Origin: an uncultured Actinomycetes bacterium
Lineage (GTDB): Bacteria > Actinomycetota > Thermoleophilia > UBA2241
Direction: 5' to 3'
DNA length: 64,000 bases
NCBI GenBank assembly: GCA_963755025.1
Contig: CAVWIH010000027.1
Location: 1-64,000, forward strand
Under the pieces are notes generated by a model, which saw nothing but the letters and a program-made list of their open reading frames with translations, was not told where the DNA came from and searched no databases. Shown here piece by piece: positions 1-10,848 of this stretch. The stretch's first letter is position 1. Every line of letters starts with the position of its first letter. Made by a program: the position numbers and the translations under genes.

Positions 1-391
1 CGCCGGGTGCCCACCGTCGAGGAGTTCGCCGCCGTCACTGCCGCGGTCGGGTTCCGCCCGCACCGCGCAGGCCGTGGTCGGCTTGGCAAACTCTGGTGCG
101 CCGGCTTGCGCGCTCGTCGATGAGCGCGTCGTGGGCCTCGGCCGCATCGTCGGCGACGGCGCCCTGCACTTTTACCTCACGAGCGTCATGGTGGCGCCGA
201 CGCACCAGCGGCAAGGCATCGGCTCGCAGGTGGTCGAGGCCCTCTCGCCAAGGTGCGCGAGGTGCCCTACGCGAACACTCTGGTCGAGACCTTGCCGCTG
301 CCGGGGCTCGAGGCTCTACGCCCGCTTCGGCTTTTGCGCGCCGCGCCGGTGCGCCCCCGGCATGTGGCTCTGGCTGAACGGGGAAAGCTGA
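1..391 (+). CDS. GNAT family N-acetyltransferase (5'-truncated by window, frameshifted)
   Basis: VVGLGRIVGDGALHFYLTSVMVAPTHQRQGIG contains the acetyl-CoA-binding motif A; C-terminal LYARFGF; the middle segment (EVPYANTLVETLPLPGLE) lies in another frame, implying indels. Confidence 0.75.
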   Translation, partial: AGCPPSRSSPPSLPRSGSARTAQAVVGLANSGAPACALVDERVVGLGRIVGDGALHFYLTSVMVAPTHQRQGIGSQVVEALSPRCARCPTRTLWSRPCRCRGSRLYARFGFCAPRRCAPGMWLWLNGES

Positions 392-482
392 AGCGGCGGA
401 CGCGCGGGCGGTACGAGCCGACGAGAAAGGCTTGAGAGACAGTGACGAACGACCGGCACGACCTCGCCAGAAGGGCCGCGAC

Positions 483-1132
483 GTGACGACCGGCCAGCGC
501 TACAGAGACGTCGGCAGGTTCGGCCGCTGGGCGGACTCGTACAACGAGTCGCGCCTGCAGCGTCTGGTGTTCGCGCCGCTCCAGGAGTTCACGCTCCACG
601 AGGCGGCGGCGGCGCAGCCCGCGCCGCGCGCCATCCTCGACGTCGGCTGCGGCACCGGGCTGCTCCTGCACCGGCCACGCGCCTGTTCCCTCAAGCCGCG
701 CTCACCGGCGTCGACCCGGCCCCCGAGATGATCGACGTCGCCCAGTCGTCGGTGCCAGAAGGGATCCCGGTGCGCTTCGTCGTGGGCGCGGCCGAGGCGC
801 TGCCCTTTGCCGCGGCGTCGTTCGACCTGCTCTTCACGACGATGTCGTTCCACCACTGGGCGGATCAGCCCAGGGCGCTCGCCGAGGTGCGCCGCGTGCT
901 CGCTCCACACGGCCTGTTCGTGCTGACCGACGCCCTGCCGGTCGGCTGGCTGCGTTTCGTCTTCACGCGCGGCGGCCACGGGCGCTTCAACAAGCCGTCG
1001 ACGCTGGTCGCCATGCTGCGCGCCGCGCACCTGCCCATGGAACGGCATGTTGCGGCACCCGGATTCGGGGGCACCGTGCACGTAGTGCTGGCGCGCGCCG
1101 CGCCACTTCTGCATCTGGAGGGCAAGACATGA
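483..1132 (+). CDS. Class I SAM-dependent methyltransferase (UbiE/Methyltransf_11-like), frameshift near 670-690
   Basis: ILDVGCGTG motif I in ORF 432..731; AEALPFAAASFDLL and SFHHWADQPRALAEVRRVLAPHG in ORF 728..1132. Confidence 0.8.
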
Positions 1133-1542
1133 GCAACGCCGTCGGCTCCGGCACCCACGACGACCCTTGGACCCTGAAGACGCCCAGCGGTTCGTCCGAG
1201 TATCAGATGTACCGCGACGAGACGGCCGATCCTGCGGCGCTCGTCTGCGTCGTGGGCAAGACGACTCTCGCTTACCGGCTGTCGTGCATCGACGACCTGC
1301 ACGCCATGCTCAAGGAGCACGGCAACTGGATGGCGCTGGGCAGCGCCGACGAGCAAAAACCCGCAGCGCCCGGTACGGTCGAGGCTTGGGGCCGCGCCAC
1401 CGACAACCCGGCGGGCGGCTGGTACGGCCTGAAGAAAGGCCTGCGCGGCCGCTTCGGCATGTACGTGCCGCCGCTGCTCGAAGCCCTCGGCCTGGCCGAG
1501 GTCGAGCACAATCCCCGCAACAACCGCATGCGTGCGCTGTAG
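1129..1542 (+). CDS. Conserved hypothetical protein (DUF6855-like)
   Basis: GTHDDPWTLKTPSGSSEYQMYRD...GWYGLKKGLRGRFGMYVPPLLE; GGAGG RBS; ATGA overlap with the upstream stop. Family name is from recall. Confidence 0.7.
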   Translation: MSNAVGSGTHDDPWTLKTPSGSSEYQMYRDETADPAALVCVVGKTTLAYRLSCIDDLHAMLKEHGNWMALGSADEQKPAAPGTVEAWGRATDNPAGGWYGLKKGLRGRFGMYVPPLLEALGLAEVEHNPRNNRMRAL

Positions 1543-1595
1543 GCGCGCCGGCTCCCACCAGCGCCGCGGCCGGCCCGGCGATCGAGGTGATCCCT

Positions 1596-1869
1596 GTGTG
1601 CAGGAACATCAAGACCCTCTACAACTTCGAACCCCCCGCGACCCACGAAGAGGTCCACGCCGCCGCGCTGCAGTTCGTGCGCAAGATCAGCGGCTTCACG
1701 GCGCCTTCCGCGGCCAACGAGGCCGCGTTCGAGCGTGCCGTCGTCGACGTGGAGCGCGCCTCGACGGTCCTGCTGGGCGCCCGCTGCGTCGACGGCGGCG
1801 CCGCACCGCGATCGCGAGACTGAAGCGGCCAAGGCCCACGCCCGGGCCGTGCGCCGCTACGGGTCGTGA
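1596..1869 (+). CDS. DUF2277 family protein (frameshift near 3' end)
   Basis: MCRNIKTLYNFEPPATHEEVHAAALQFVRKISG is the typical DUF2277 N-terminus; GAGGTG RBS; the C-terminus EAAKAHARAVRRYGS is in another frame. Confidence 0.75.
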
Positions 1870-1950
1870 CTCGCGTGACCACGGGCGCGACCGGCTGATC
1901 GCGGCTGCGACCGGGTGTCGGCGCCAGAGCTCAGCCGCGGCGGAGCCGCT

Positions 1951-2394
1951 TCAGGGTTCGAGCAGCTCGAACCCGGTGGCGTCGTCGCGGTGGCGCACGG
2001 CGTCGTTGCCGGTGAGCTCGATGATGACGACCTCGCCCACCACCCAGGTGGTCACGCCCAGCCGGATGCAGCCGGCCGTGACCGTGTCGCCGCGGCCGAA
2101 GGCGGCGTGCAGGTGGAGCGATGGGCGCCCGTTGGCGTCGGGGAACAGCGTGCCCACGCCGGCCATCTCGTGGACGCCCGCCAGCACCCGTTCCATGGGC
2201 TCGATCACGGCCGCCCGGCCGTCGGCCGGCCCCACCACGATACGGCTGCCGTCGTCGGCGCCGCCCAGCACGAGCACGGCGGCGCGCACGACACCCTCGC
2301 GCTGCGCCAGCTCCTCGATCGAGTCGTGCACGACGTCGCCGTCGTCGAGGCGCACGACGAAGACGCGTCCCAGCCCGGCGCTCGAGTATCTCAC
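1951..2394 (-). CDS. PPC/DUF296 domain protein
   Basis: GRVFVVRLDDGD...LHLHAAFGRG...GEVVIIEL...DDATGFELL pattern. Confidence 0.8.
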   Translation of the reverse strand: MRYSSAGLGRVFVVRLDDGDVVHDSIEELAQREGVVRAAVLVLGGADDGSRIVVGPADGRAAVIEPMERVLAGVHEMAGVGTLFPDANGRPSLHLHAAFGRGDTVTAGCIRLGVTTWVVGEVVIIELTGNDAVRHRDDATGFELLEP

Positions 2395-2646
2395 CGCATC
2401 CGCCCCTTGCATTCGCTCGGCGTCGGCGACCCCGCTCCGGGGGGCGCCGCGAGCCCGCATCGTAGCACGGCCGCGCCGCATGACCGGCCGTGTCGGTGGC
2501 GTCGACGGCTCTATGCCGGTGGAGCGGCCGGCTGCCTGCGGCGGCGCACTGTCGGCGTAGCGTGGCGGCCGATCGGACCCAGGCGGCCGAGGCTGCGTGC
2601 GGGCCGGCGACGCCCCATACGGCGCGCTTGTGCTAGCGTGGGGCCC

Positions 2647-5379
2647 ATGACGCGTGACCCCCGAGACCGATACCTGCAGTTCTTCGCGACCGCCGCCAAG
2701 GGCGCCGAGGCGCTCCTCGTCGAGGAGTTGCAGACCATCGCCGCCGACGCGGCCACGCTCGCCGACGACGCCGAGGCGGCGCCAGGCACCGCAGGCTCCG
2801 CGGCCCCGGCGGCCGCCGACTCGGCGAGCGTGACCCAGGAGCGCGGCGGCGTCTCGTTCGACGGACCGCTCGCGCTGGGCTACCGCGCGTGCCTCTGGTC
2901 GCGGCTGGCGCAGCGAGTGCTGTTGCGCCTGGTGACGCTGCGCCTCGACGGCGACCCCGAGACGTTCTGGTCGGGCCTGGCCGCGATCGACTGGTCGGCG
3001 CACCTCCCGCCCGACGGCACGCTGGCGGTCGACTTCGCCGGCCTTGGCGCGGGCGTCGGGGTGACCAACACGCTGTTCGGCGCGCAGCGCACCAAGGACG
3101 TCGTGGTCGACCAGTTCCGCGAGCGTTTTGGCCGGCGGCCCTCGGTCGATCTGGCGCGGCCCGACCTGCGCATCAACGTCTACGTCGGCCCGCGCGAAGC
3201 CGTCGTCGCCATCGACCTCTCCGGAGAGAGCCTGCACCGCCGCGGCTACCGGGCGCCCGGCGAGCAGGCCGAGGCGCCACTCAAAGAGACGCTGGCTGCG
3301 GCCATTCTCTTGCGCGCCGGGTGGCCCGCGATCGCCGCTGCGGGCGGCAGCGTCGTCGACCCGCTGTGCGGGTCGGGCACGCTGCCCATCGAGGCCGCCC
3401 TCATCGCCGCCGACGTCGCCCCCGGGCTGCTGCGCGAGGCCGCCGGACAGGAGGGCCCCAAATGGGGCTTCGCCGGCTGGCTGGGTCACGACGCCGACCT
3501 GTGGCGGGAGCTTGTGGCGCAGGCGGGCGAGCGCCGCAAAGCGGCGCTCGCCCGCCTGCGCAGCGCTCGCGCGGCGACCGGCGGCGGCGTCGTGCCGCTG
3601 GCCTACGGCTACGACCGCGACACCCGCGCCGTCGACCTGGCCCGGGCCGACGTCGGTCGCGCTGGCCTGAGCGATCTGGTGCGTATCGAGCGCCGCGACC
3701 TGGCCGCCCTCTCGCTGCCCACCGCCCTCGCGGACCTCTCACCCGGCGCCCCTGTCGCTGCGTCGCCGGCGGCCGGCGGCGGAAAGCCGGCAGCCGGGGG
3801 CGGCGCGGCCGTCACGCCCGGCCTGGTGGTCGCCAACCCGCCGTACGGCCACCGCCTGGGCGCCGACGGCCGCTCGGCCCACGGCGCCCCCGCCCACACG
3901 ACGGAGCGGCCGCGCGACCCAAGCGAGCGGCAAGAGCGCCGCCACGGCGAGGGCCAAAGCGGCAACGCAGCGGCGACTCCACCACCCGTCGACCCCGCGC
4001 TGGGCGCCCTGTACGAACTGCTGGGCGCGCGCCTGCGCAGTGAGTTCTCGGGCTGGAAGGCGGCGATCCTGGTCAACGACCTCGAGCTCGGCAAGCACCT
4101 CGGCCTGCGCGCCCGACGCGCCAACCATTTCATGAACGGGGCGCTGTCCTGCACGCTGCTGCGCATCGACGTCAACACGCGCGCCGTCATCTCCAAGCCG
4201 GCGCCTTCGAGGCGCTCAGCGCCGCGACGCCCCCCGCGTCCGACTGGGCGGCGCGCGACGCGGCCGCTCGCAACGCAGCGGCGCGCGACGAGACGGCGTC
4301 CGGCGAGGCGGCTCTCGACCGACAGACCGCGACGCTGGGCCAGACCGGCCGGGCGGAGGCGGTCGGAGCGGCGTCGCCGGGCGCGACGCCGGCGCCGATC
4401 GCCGTGCGGGCCGGCCCGGCGCCGCTCTCGCCGGCCGCCGAGCAGTTCGCCAACCGGCTGCGCAAGAACGCCCGCCGCTGGAGCCGCTACATGCGGCGCG
4501 CCGGCATAGACTGCTACCGCGTCTACGACGCCGACCTGCCCGACTACTCCGTGGCGATCGACGTCTACGAGCGCTGGGTGCACGTGCAGGAGTACGCGCC
4601 GCCGCCCGAGATCGACGAAGCCAGGGCCGCCGCCCGCCTCGCCGAGGCCATGCGCATCATCCCCGAAGTGCTGGGCGCGTCGCCGGCCGATGTGTTCCTC
4701 AAGGTGCGGGCTCGCCAGCGCGGCGCGGCGCAGTACGCGCAGCGCGCCACCACCGGCATCGAGCACGAGGTCCACGAGCGCGAGCAGACCTTCCTCGTCA
4801 ACTTCACCGACTACCTCGACACCGGCCTGTTCCTGCCCGGGCGCGAGGTCCGGCGCCTGCTGGGCGAGCTGGCGAGCGGACAGCGGTTCCTCAACCTGTT
4901 CGGCTACACCGGCACGGCCAGCGTGGCGGCCGGCAGGGGCGGCGCCGCGAGCACGACGACCGTCGACCTGAACGGCCACTACCTCGAGTGGGCGCAGCGC
5001 AACTTCGCCGCCAACAAGCTCAAGCCGGAGCGCAACGCCGTGATCGAGGCCGACGCGCTGACCTGGGTGGCCCAGACCGACGAGCGCTACGGGCTCATCT
5101 ATTTAGACCCGCCGACCTTCTCGAACTCCAAAAAGATGGGGCGCGCGACCTTCGACGTGCGCCGCGACCACGTCGACCTCGATCCGCCTGGTCGCCCGCC
5201 GCCTGCTCGAGCCCGGCGGCGTACTGGTCTTCGCCTCGAACGCGCGGCGCTTCACGCTCGACGCCGAAAGCCTGGGCCGCGACCACCACCTCGAAGACCT
5301 GTCGAAGGCGACCCTGCCCCCCGACTTCGCCCGCAGCGGCCGCTCCCACCACGTCTGGACGATCGCGCCGCGCGGGTAG
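2647..5379 (+). CDS. rlmKL: Bifunctional 23S rRNA m2G2445/m7G2069 methyltransferase RlmKL (frameshifts near ~4200 and ~5180; low-complexity insertions)
   Basis: THUMP region, SLHRRGYR, APLKETLAAAIL, DPLCGSGT, ANPPYG (RlmL half); FANRLRKN, YRVYDADLP, DYLDTGLF, LNLFGYTG, LDPPTFSNSK (RlmK half). Confidence 0.9.
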
Positions 5380-5458
5380 CCCGGCGGCGCGGAGGCGACG
5401 GCACGGCCGACCAGCGGACGCCAAGCGCGACCGTCGGCCGGAAGCGCCAGCCCGCGGC

Positions 5459-6832
5459 TCAGTGCCGGCGGGCGGCGGCGAACAGCTCGGGCAGCGAGCA
5501 CTCCCGATAGCCCATGGCGCGCAGCCCACGCAGGATCTGCGGCAGCGCGGCCGCCGTGTTGGGCAGCGTATGCAGGCAGACGATCGCCCCGGGGTGCACG
5601 TGCGACAGCACGCGTTGCGCGACCTCGCCTGGCGCGATGCCCTTCCAGTCCTGCGGATCGACGTCCCAGAGCATGACGTGCGCGAACCCCTCGGCCCCGG
5701 CGGCGGTCAGCACAGCCGGGTCGGTGGCGCCGTACGGCGGCCTCATGTAGGGCACCGGCAAGACCCGGGCGACGCGCCACCAGGCGGCATCGCTCAGCGT
5801 CAACTCCTTGCGGATCTCAGGCGTCGTCTGGAGCGCCATGTCGGTGTGGGTCCAGCCATGGGAGCCGATGGCGTCGCCATCGGCGATGGTGCGCCGCGCG
5901 AGCGCGCCATAGGCGGCGACGCGCGGTCCCAGGGCGAAGAACGTGCCGTGCACGCGGTAGCTGCGCAGGACAGTCACGATCCGCGCCCAGGCCGCTTGGT
6001 CGTTGCCGTCGTCGAACGTGAGCGCCACACGCCGCCCGGCGCGCGGCAGGTCGAACGTGACCTTCGCCTCGACGGGGCGCAGGTCGCGGAACGGGACAAA
6101 GCCGCTCACGGCGCGATTGCCGGCCTGGTCCGACAGCGTCAGGCGCAGCCGGTAGACGCCGGGCGAGAAACGCTTGCCGGCGGCGATCAGGGGCACGGCG
6201 ACCGAAGCGGCGCCGGGGTCGATCGGGCGCGAGCCGGTGCGGCGCAGCACGAGCGTACCGTACTGGCTGTAGAGCTGCAGCCGCCAGGCGACCGGGCCGT
6301 GCGCCTCGCGCAGCGTGAAACGCACGGTCAGCGACGTCTGGGTCGTGACCGACGACGGCGAGAGCCCCTTCCAGCGCAGGGCCGGCGGTGTGGTGTCGAT
6401 GCGCACCGTGGCCTGCTGGGGCGCCTCCTGGTTGCCGGCGCGGTCGAGCGAGAAGAACGTGACGAGGTGCTCGCCGTCGCCGGCATGACTGGCCGGAGCG
6501 GGCACGAGCACGCTCGTGCCCTCCTTCAGCACCCCGCTGTCGACCCGATACCAGGTCGAGGCGACGCCCGATCCGTCGTCTGACGCGCTCAGCGTCAGGT
6601 GCACCGCGACGCGGTGCCAGCGGTCGTCGGCGCCACCGACGACCGTCACCGGCGGCGTCGTATCGCCGACGCTGGGTGATGGCGACGGAGACACAGAGGG
6701 GGAGACCGAAGGCGAAGGCGAGACATCGCCCAGTCCGCCCGTGCGGGCCGCCGAGCCATGCGCCGTCAGGGCGGCCACGCCGAGCACGGCCACTACAGCG
6801 ACCCCGATCAACGCCAGTCTGGCGCGCACCAC
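5459..6832 (-). CDS. Secreted polysaccharide deacetylase (NodB/CE4) with N-terminal Ig-like domains
   Basis: Signal peptide, SPSV linker, DTTPP...DRAGNQE Ig-like repeat, ALTFDDG, HGWTH, MRPPYG, DPQDW, CLH motifs. Confidence 0.85.
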   Translation of the reverse strand: MVRARLALIGVAVVAVLGVAALTAHGSAARTGGLGDVSPSPSVSPSVSPSPSPSVGDTTPPVTVVGGADDRWHRVAVHLTLSASDDGSGVASTWYRVDSGVLKEGTSVLVPAPASHAGDGEHLVTFFSLDRAGNQEAPQQATVRIDTTPPALRWKGLSPSSVTTQTSLTVRFTLREAHGPVAWRLQLYSQYGTLVLRRTGSRPIDPGAASVAVPLIAAGKRFSPGVYRLRLTLSDQAGNRAVSGFVPFRDLRPVEAKVTFDLPRAGRRVALTFDDGNDQAAWARIVTVLRSYRVHGTFFALGPRVAAYGALARRTIADGDAIGSHGWTHTDMALQTTPEIRKELTLSDAAWWRVARVLPVPYMRPPYGATDPAVLTAAGAEGFAHVMLWDVDPQDWKGIAPGEVAQRVLSHVHPGAIVCLHTLPNTAAALPQILRGLRAMGYRECSLPELFAAARRH

Positions 6833-6972
6833 TCCCGTCTCCCCGTCGGCGGACCGGCGACGCTCGCTCCTACCCGCGGCGCCGCCGTGCCCGCCATCTT
6901 ACAGGCGTCGTCGACGGGTGACGACCGGCAGGGCCGACGGGCTGCATCCGGACGATGTGCTACGCTCGCGAC

Positions 6973-8949
6973 ATGTCGCCTGCTCCCCAGCCGCCGTCCA
7001 GCTCGAGCGCGCCGTCCCCTGCCTCGGCAGCGACGGGCGGCCCACCGGCCGCCGCCTCTTCTGCCGCCACGACGGTGCTGCGCGACGTCTTCGGCTTTCG
7101 CGAGTTTCGTCCCCACCAGCAGGAGATCGTCGAGCACCTGGTCGAGGGCGGCGACGCCTTCGTGCTCATGCCCACCGGCGGCGGCAAGTCGCTGTGCTTT
7201 CAGATACCGGCCATCGTGCGGCCCGGCGTGGGCATCGTCGTCTCGCCGCTGATCAGCCTCATGAAGGACCAGGTCGACGCCCTGCTGGCCGCCGGCGTGC
7301 GGGCTGCCTTCTACAACTCGTCGCTCGACTCCGACGACGCGCGTCGTGTGCTCGGGCGCCTGCACGGCGGCGACCTCGACCTGCTCTACGTCGCCCCCGA
7401 GCGACTCATGACCGACGGCTTCCTCGAGCGCCTGCGTGGGCTCGACGGCGAGGGCGCCGCCGCCATCGCCCTGTTCGCCATCGACGAAGCGCACTGCGTA
7501 TCGCAGTGGGGCCACGACTTTCGCCCCGAGTACATCGACCTCGGGCGGCTGCGCGACCTCTTTCCCGACGTGCCGATCATCGCCTGCACGGCCACCGCCG
7601 ACGCCCAGACGCGCGACGACGTACGCGCCCGCCTCGGCTTGTCGCAGGCGCCCTGCTTCGTCACCGGCTTCGACCGGCCCAACATCAGCTATACCGTGGT
7701 CGACAAGCGCCACCCGGCCGACCAGCTGCTCGCCTTTCTGCGCGACCGCCCCGGCCAGGCGGGCATCGTCTACTGCCTGTCACGCAAGCGCACCGAAGAG
7801 GTAGCCGACCGCCTGCTGGCGGCCGGTCTGCCGGCCGCTGCCTACCACGCCGGCCTGCCGCCCGCCGAACGCGAGCGCGTGCAGACGGCCTTCGCCCGCG
7901 ACGAGGTCGGCGTGGTCGTGGCCACCGTCGCCTTCGGCCTGGGCATCGACAAGCCCGACGTCCGCTTCGTCTGTCACTACGACCTGCCCAAGAACCTCGA
8001 GAGCTACTACCAAGAGACCGGGCGCGCGGGCCGCGACGGCCTGCCCGCCGAAGCCCTGCTGCTCTTCAGCCTGGGCGACGCCGCCGTAGCGCGCTCGCTG
8101 ATCGAGCGCGGCGGCAACTCCGAGCAGGTGCGCATAGAGCAGCACAAGCTGAACGCCATGGTCGGCTTTGCCGAGGCCACCACGTGCCGGCGGCGGGTGC
8201 TGCTCGGCTACCTCGGCGAACCCCTCGACCACGACTGCGGCAACTGCGACGTCTGCCTCGACCCGCCCGCCACCTACGACGCCACCGAACACGCGCGTAT
8301 GGCGCTGTCGTGCGTCTACCGGCTGCACCAGAGCTACGGCATCGGCTACGTCGTCGACGTGCTGCGCGGCAGCGGCTCCGAAAAGATCTTCGAACGCGGC
8401 CACGACCAGCTCAGCACCTACGGCATCGGCGCCGAGCAGAGCAAGGACGCCTGGCAGCAGCTCATCCGCCAGCTCATCCACCGCGGCTACCTCGAACAGG
8501 ACATCGCGCGCTACTCGGTGCTGCGCTTGACGCCGGCCGCCGCGCCCCTGCTGCGCGGCGACGAGACGCTCGTGCTGTCGCAGCCTCGGGTCAAGCCGCC
8601 GCGCGAACCGCGCGTGCGGGTGCGCCGCAAGGCACGGGCCGCGAGCGGGCCCGACTGGTTCACCGGGGGCGCCCCGGCGGGCGTGGGCGGCGACCTCGAC
8701 CTCGACGCGCTCGAGCCCGACGCCGCCCTGCTCGAGCGCCTCAAGGAGCTGCGCCGCGGCCTCGCCGCGCAGCGCAACGTGCCGGCCTACGTCGTCTTCA
8801 ACGACGCCACGCTGCTCGAGATGGCGGCGCTCAAACCCGCGACCCCCGATCAGCTGTTGCAGATCAACGGCGTCGGCCAGGTCAAGCTCGAGCGCTACGG
8901 CGCCGTGTTCCTCAGCGCCATCCACTCGGCCGACGAGGCCGCGCCCTGA
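6973..8949 (+). CDS. recQ: ATP-dependent DNA helicase RecQ
   Basis: MPTGGGKS, DEAHCVSQWGHDFRP, YYQETGRAGRDG, Zn-binding CRR...CGNCDVC, RQC and HRDC (VPAYVVFNDATL) domains. Confidence 0.95.
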   Translation: MSPAPQPPSSSSAPSPASAATGGPPAAASSAATTVLRDVFGFREFRPHQQEIVEHLVEGGDAFVLMPTGGGKSLCFQIPAIVRPGVGIVVSPLISLMKDQVDALLAAGVRAAFYNSSLDSDDARRVLGRLHGGDLDLLYVAPERLMTDGFLERLRGLDGEGAAAIALFAIDEAHCVSQWGHDFRPEYIDLGRLRDLFPDVPIIACTATADAQTRDDVRARLGLSQAPCFVTGFDRPNISYTVVDKRHPADQLLAFLRDRPGQAGIVYCLSRKRTEEVADRLLAAGLPAAAYHAGLPPAERERVQTAFARDEVGVVVATVAFGLGIDKPDVRFVCHYDLPKNLESYYQETGRAGRDGLPAEALLLFSLGDAAVARSLIERGGNSEQVRIEQHKLNAMVGFAEATTCRRRVLLGYLGEPLDHDCGNCDVCLDPPATYDATEHARMALSCVYRLHQSYGIGYVVDVLRGSGSEKIFERGHDQLSTYGIGAEQSKDAWQQLIRQLIHRGYLEQDIARYSVLRLTPAAAPLLRGDETLVLSQPRVKPPREPRVRVRRKARAASGPDWFTGGAPAGVGGDLDLDALEPDAALLERLKELRRGLAAQRNVPAYVVFNDATLLEMAALKPATPDQLLQINGVGQVKLERYGAVFLSAIHSADEAAP

Positions 8950-9102
8950 CCCCCGGCGTGCGCGCCGGCGCGCCCTGACCCCCGGCGCCTGCGCGGCCCG
9001 CCGCGCCCGACCGCTCGCCGCGCGCGTCTGATACCGTACCCGGGTAGAACCCGCGGCGGCGGCGCTGCCGCCGCGCCCGGCGGCCACGGCGAAGGAGCTC
9101 GC

Positions 9103-9918
9103 GTGAGGGTCTTCATCAGCATCGATCTCGAGGGCGTGACCGGCGTCTGCCACCTGGCCCAGACCGAGCACGACACCGCCGAGTGGCACGAGGCGCGCGC
9201 GCTCATGCGCGGCGATCTCGACGCCGTGCTCGCCGGCTGCCTCGAAGGCGGCGCCGACGAGATCGTCGTGTGCGACGCGCACGACCACGGCGACAACCTG
9301 GGCGTGACCGGGCTGCCGGCCGGCGTCTCGCTGGTGAGCGGCGGCGGCATGAGGTTGAGCATGATGGCCGGCCTCGAGACGGGCTTCGACGCCGCGTTCA
9401 TGGTCGGCTATCACGCCAAGGCGGGCACCGCCTGCGGCACGCTGGCCCACACCTACCTTTTCGCCCTCAGCGACGTCGTGGTCTGCGGCGGCGGGCAAGG
9501 CGAGCTCTCGGTCGGCGAGCTTGGCCTGAACGCGGCGGTCGCCGGCGCCTACGGCACGCCGCTGGCCTTCGCCTGCGGCGACGACAAACTGGTCGCCGAA
9601 GCCAGGGCGCTCGTGCCCGGCGTCGAGGCCGTCGCCGTCAAAGAGGGGCTCGCCTGGTCGGCCGCCCGCCTCGACGGCCCCGACGCCACGGCCGCGGCCC
9701 TGCGCGCCGGGGCGCAGCGCGCCCTGAGCGCGCCCCTGCCGCCCGCGCTCGACTGGAACGGCCGCTCGCTGCGCGTGAGCTTCGGTCGCCCCAGCCAGTG
9801 CGACGGCCCGGCGCGGTGCTCCGGCGTGACGCGCCTCGACGGCACGACGGTCGAGATCGCGGCGGCCGACTGGCTCAGCGTCTTCACCACGTTCCTGGCC
9901 TGCACCCACCTCGTCTGA
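9103..9918 (+). CDS. dppA: M55 family D-aminopeptidase DppA
   Basis: VFISIDLEG, DAH, GYHAKAG, LAHT, GELGLNA, GDD motifs; AAGGAG RBS. Confidence 0.85.
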   Translation: MRVFISIDLEGVTGVCHLAQTEHDTAEWHEARALMRGDLDAVLAGCLEGGADEIVVCDAHDHGDNLGVTGLPAGVSLVSGGGMRLSMMAGLETGFDAAFMVGYHAKAGTACGTLAHTYLFALSDVVVCGGGQGELSVGELGLNAAVAGAYGTPLAFACGDDKLVAEARALVPGVEAVAVKEGLAWSAARLDGPDATAAALRAGAQRALSAPLPPALDWNGRSLRVSFGRPSQCDGPARCSGVTRLDGTTVEIAAADWLSVFTTFLACTHLV

Positions 9919-9925
9919 GGGGCAG

Positions 9926-10762
9926 CTACCCGGCGAGGCGGCCGTTCGACTCGTCGGCGCCCGGCTCGCGCTCGCGCGGCAGGCCCCAGGCGACGCGCTG
10001 GCCGACCAGGTTGCGCAGCGTCACCGCGTCGCGCACCGCCGCCCCGCCGAGGTCGTTGTTGAAGTAGACGCGCACACCGAACTCGTCGGCCGCCCACGAA
10101 CGACAGGTGTCGGCCCAGCGCTGCAGCTCTTCGCGGCCGTAGGGGCCGGCGTAGGCCGTGCCCGACCCATGCAGGCGCAGGTAGACGAACGGCGCCGTCA
10201 CCACCAGCGGTGTCTCGCGGTCGCCGAAGTGATACACGCAGAACGCGGCCTCGCGGTCGGCCAGCAGGTCGTACACGCGATCGCGAAACCACGAAGGGTC
10301 GCGGAACTCGAACGCGTAGGCCAGGTCGCGCGGCAGCATGTCGAGGAAGTTGCGCAGCAGTCCCGTGTCGCGCGGGAAGTTGTCGGGCAGCTGGAAGAGG
10401 ATCGGGCCGAGCGCGCTGCCCAGGCCGCGCATGCGCGTGACGAAGTCGCCGAGCAGGGCTTCGCTGCGGCGCAGCCGCTTCATGTGCGTGATCTCGCGCG
10501 GCGCTTTGACGGCGAAGGTGAAGCCGGGACGCGCCGTCTCGCGCCAGCGCTCTATGGTGGCCGCCTCAGGCAGCGAGTAGAAGGTGCGATTGACCTCGAC
10601 CGTGGCGAAGCGCGCCACGTAGTAGGCGAGCGAGGCGCCGCCCGCCAGTTTCTCGGGGTAGAAGACGCCGCGCCAGTGCCTGTACGACCAGCCCGAAGTC
10701 CCAACCAGGATCCTGCCGGTCGCCGTCTGCGCCCGTTGCTCCCGCGCGGTTTCCAATGCCAT
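9926..10762 (-). CDS. DUF72 domain protein
   Basis: GTSGWSYRHWRGVFYP, VEVNRTFY, KAPREITH, LFQLP, EFRDPSW, YLRLHG, YFNND. Confidence 0.9.
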   Translation of the reverse strand: MALETAREQRAQTATGRILVGTSGWSYRHWRGVFYPEKLAGGASLAYYVARFATVEVNRTFYSLPEAATIERWRETARPGFTFAVKAPREITHMKRLRRSEALLGDFVTRMRGLGSALGPILFQLPDNFPRDTGLLRNFLDMLPRDLAYAFEFRDPSWFRDRVYDLLADREAAFCVYHFGDRETPLVVTAPFVYLRLHGSGTAYAGPYGREELQRWADTCRSWAADEFGVRVYFNNDLGGAAVRDAVTLRNLVGQRVAWGLPREREPGADESNGRLAG

Positions 10763-10848
10763 GACAGTGTTGTTCCCACCTTGCCGCGGAACGTGCTCCG
10801 GCCTCGGCTTTTTGCATGGGGGGCCGCACGCGGGGGAACACGACCCCC